From Cystobasidiomycetes sp. EMM_F5 (lineage: Eukaryota): DNA of 64,000 nucleotides. Made by a program: the position numbers and the translations under genes. The notes under the pieces were generated by a model. That model saw nothing but the letters and a program-made list of their open reading frames with translations. It was not told where the DNA came from and searched no databases. Shown here one piece after another: positions 63,790 to 64,000 of this stretch (its first letter is position 1; each line of letters opens with the position of its first letter). The stretch is from NCBI GenBank assembly GCA_051047955.1, contig JBPGPT010000015.1, forward strand, positions 248,001 to 312,000. Direction: 5' to 3'.

Positions 63790-64000
63790 TGACTGCGTTG
63801 ACGAATGCGCAAGTGTCGCAAACATCCAGTATGGGCTCGCTAGATCTGTAGTTTCATGTAACAATGGAAGAAATTGAAACCAATGTGCTGGTTTATTCCT
63901 ATGCTGACAATTCCAATCACCTCAAACTTACTATTTACCATTGCGCTGACCATACTCTGATGGTCGGTTCACGGCTTCCCCTGTCGCCAAGCACTGGCTG

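Overview
Gene-dense, intron-rich eukaryotic DNA from a fungus, most likely a compact basidiomycete genome (inferred from short GT-AG introns with CTRAC-type branch sites and from gene content). About 25 spliced protein-coding loci are present; no rRNA, tRNA, CRISPR array or transposon was recognised. Housekeeping genes include an importin-5-like karyopherin, MED1, a DUF4449-type protein, RAD51, a Vps62-like protein, methylmalonate-semialdehyde dehydrogenase, an Ssd1/Dis3L2 RNase II protein, G6PD, an S28 peptidase, a PhzF-family protein, an Rpr2/Rpp21-type subunit, two MFS transporters, UVE1, HPC2/ubinuclein, guanine deaminase, VTI1 and RPT6. Highlights: (1) G6PD has a hidden in-frame 24-aa extension after its TGA ending in a PTS1 (KKRVVRAKL*), suggesting a peroxisomal isoform made by readthrough. 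(2) An 11-kb tandem array of four divergent F-box/Zn-module paralogues shares an N-terminal MxxTRSK peptide resembling viral nucleosome acidic-patch anchors; copy 2 has lost the Arg and copy 3 appears pseudogenised. (3) The Ssd1/Dis3L2 protein keeps its catalytic aspartates and carries a tandemly amplified PAM2-like motif. (4) Two uncharacterised secreted proteins are present. Exon structures were reconstructed by eye, so gene ends are approximate and family calls rest on motif recognition, not database searches.
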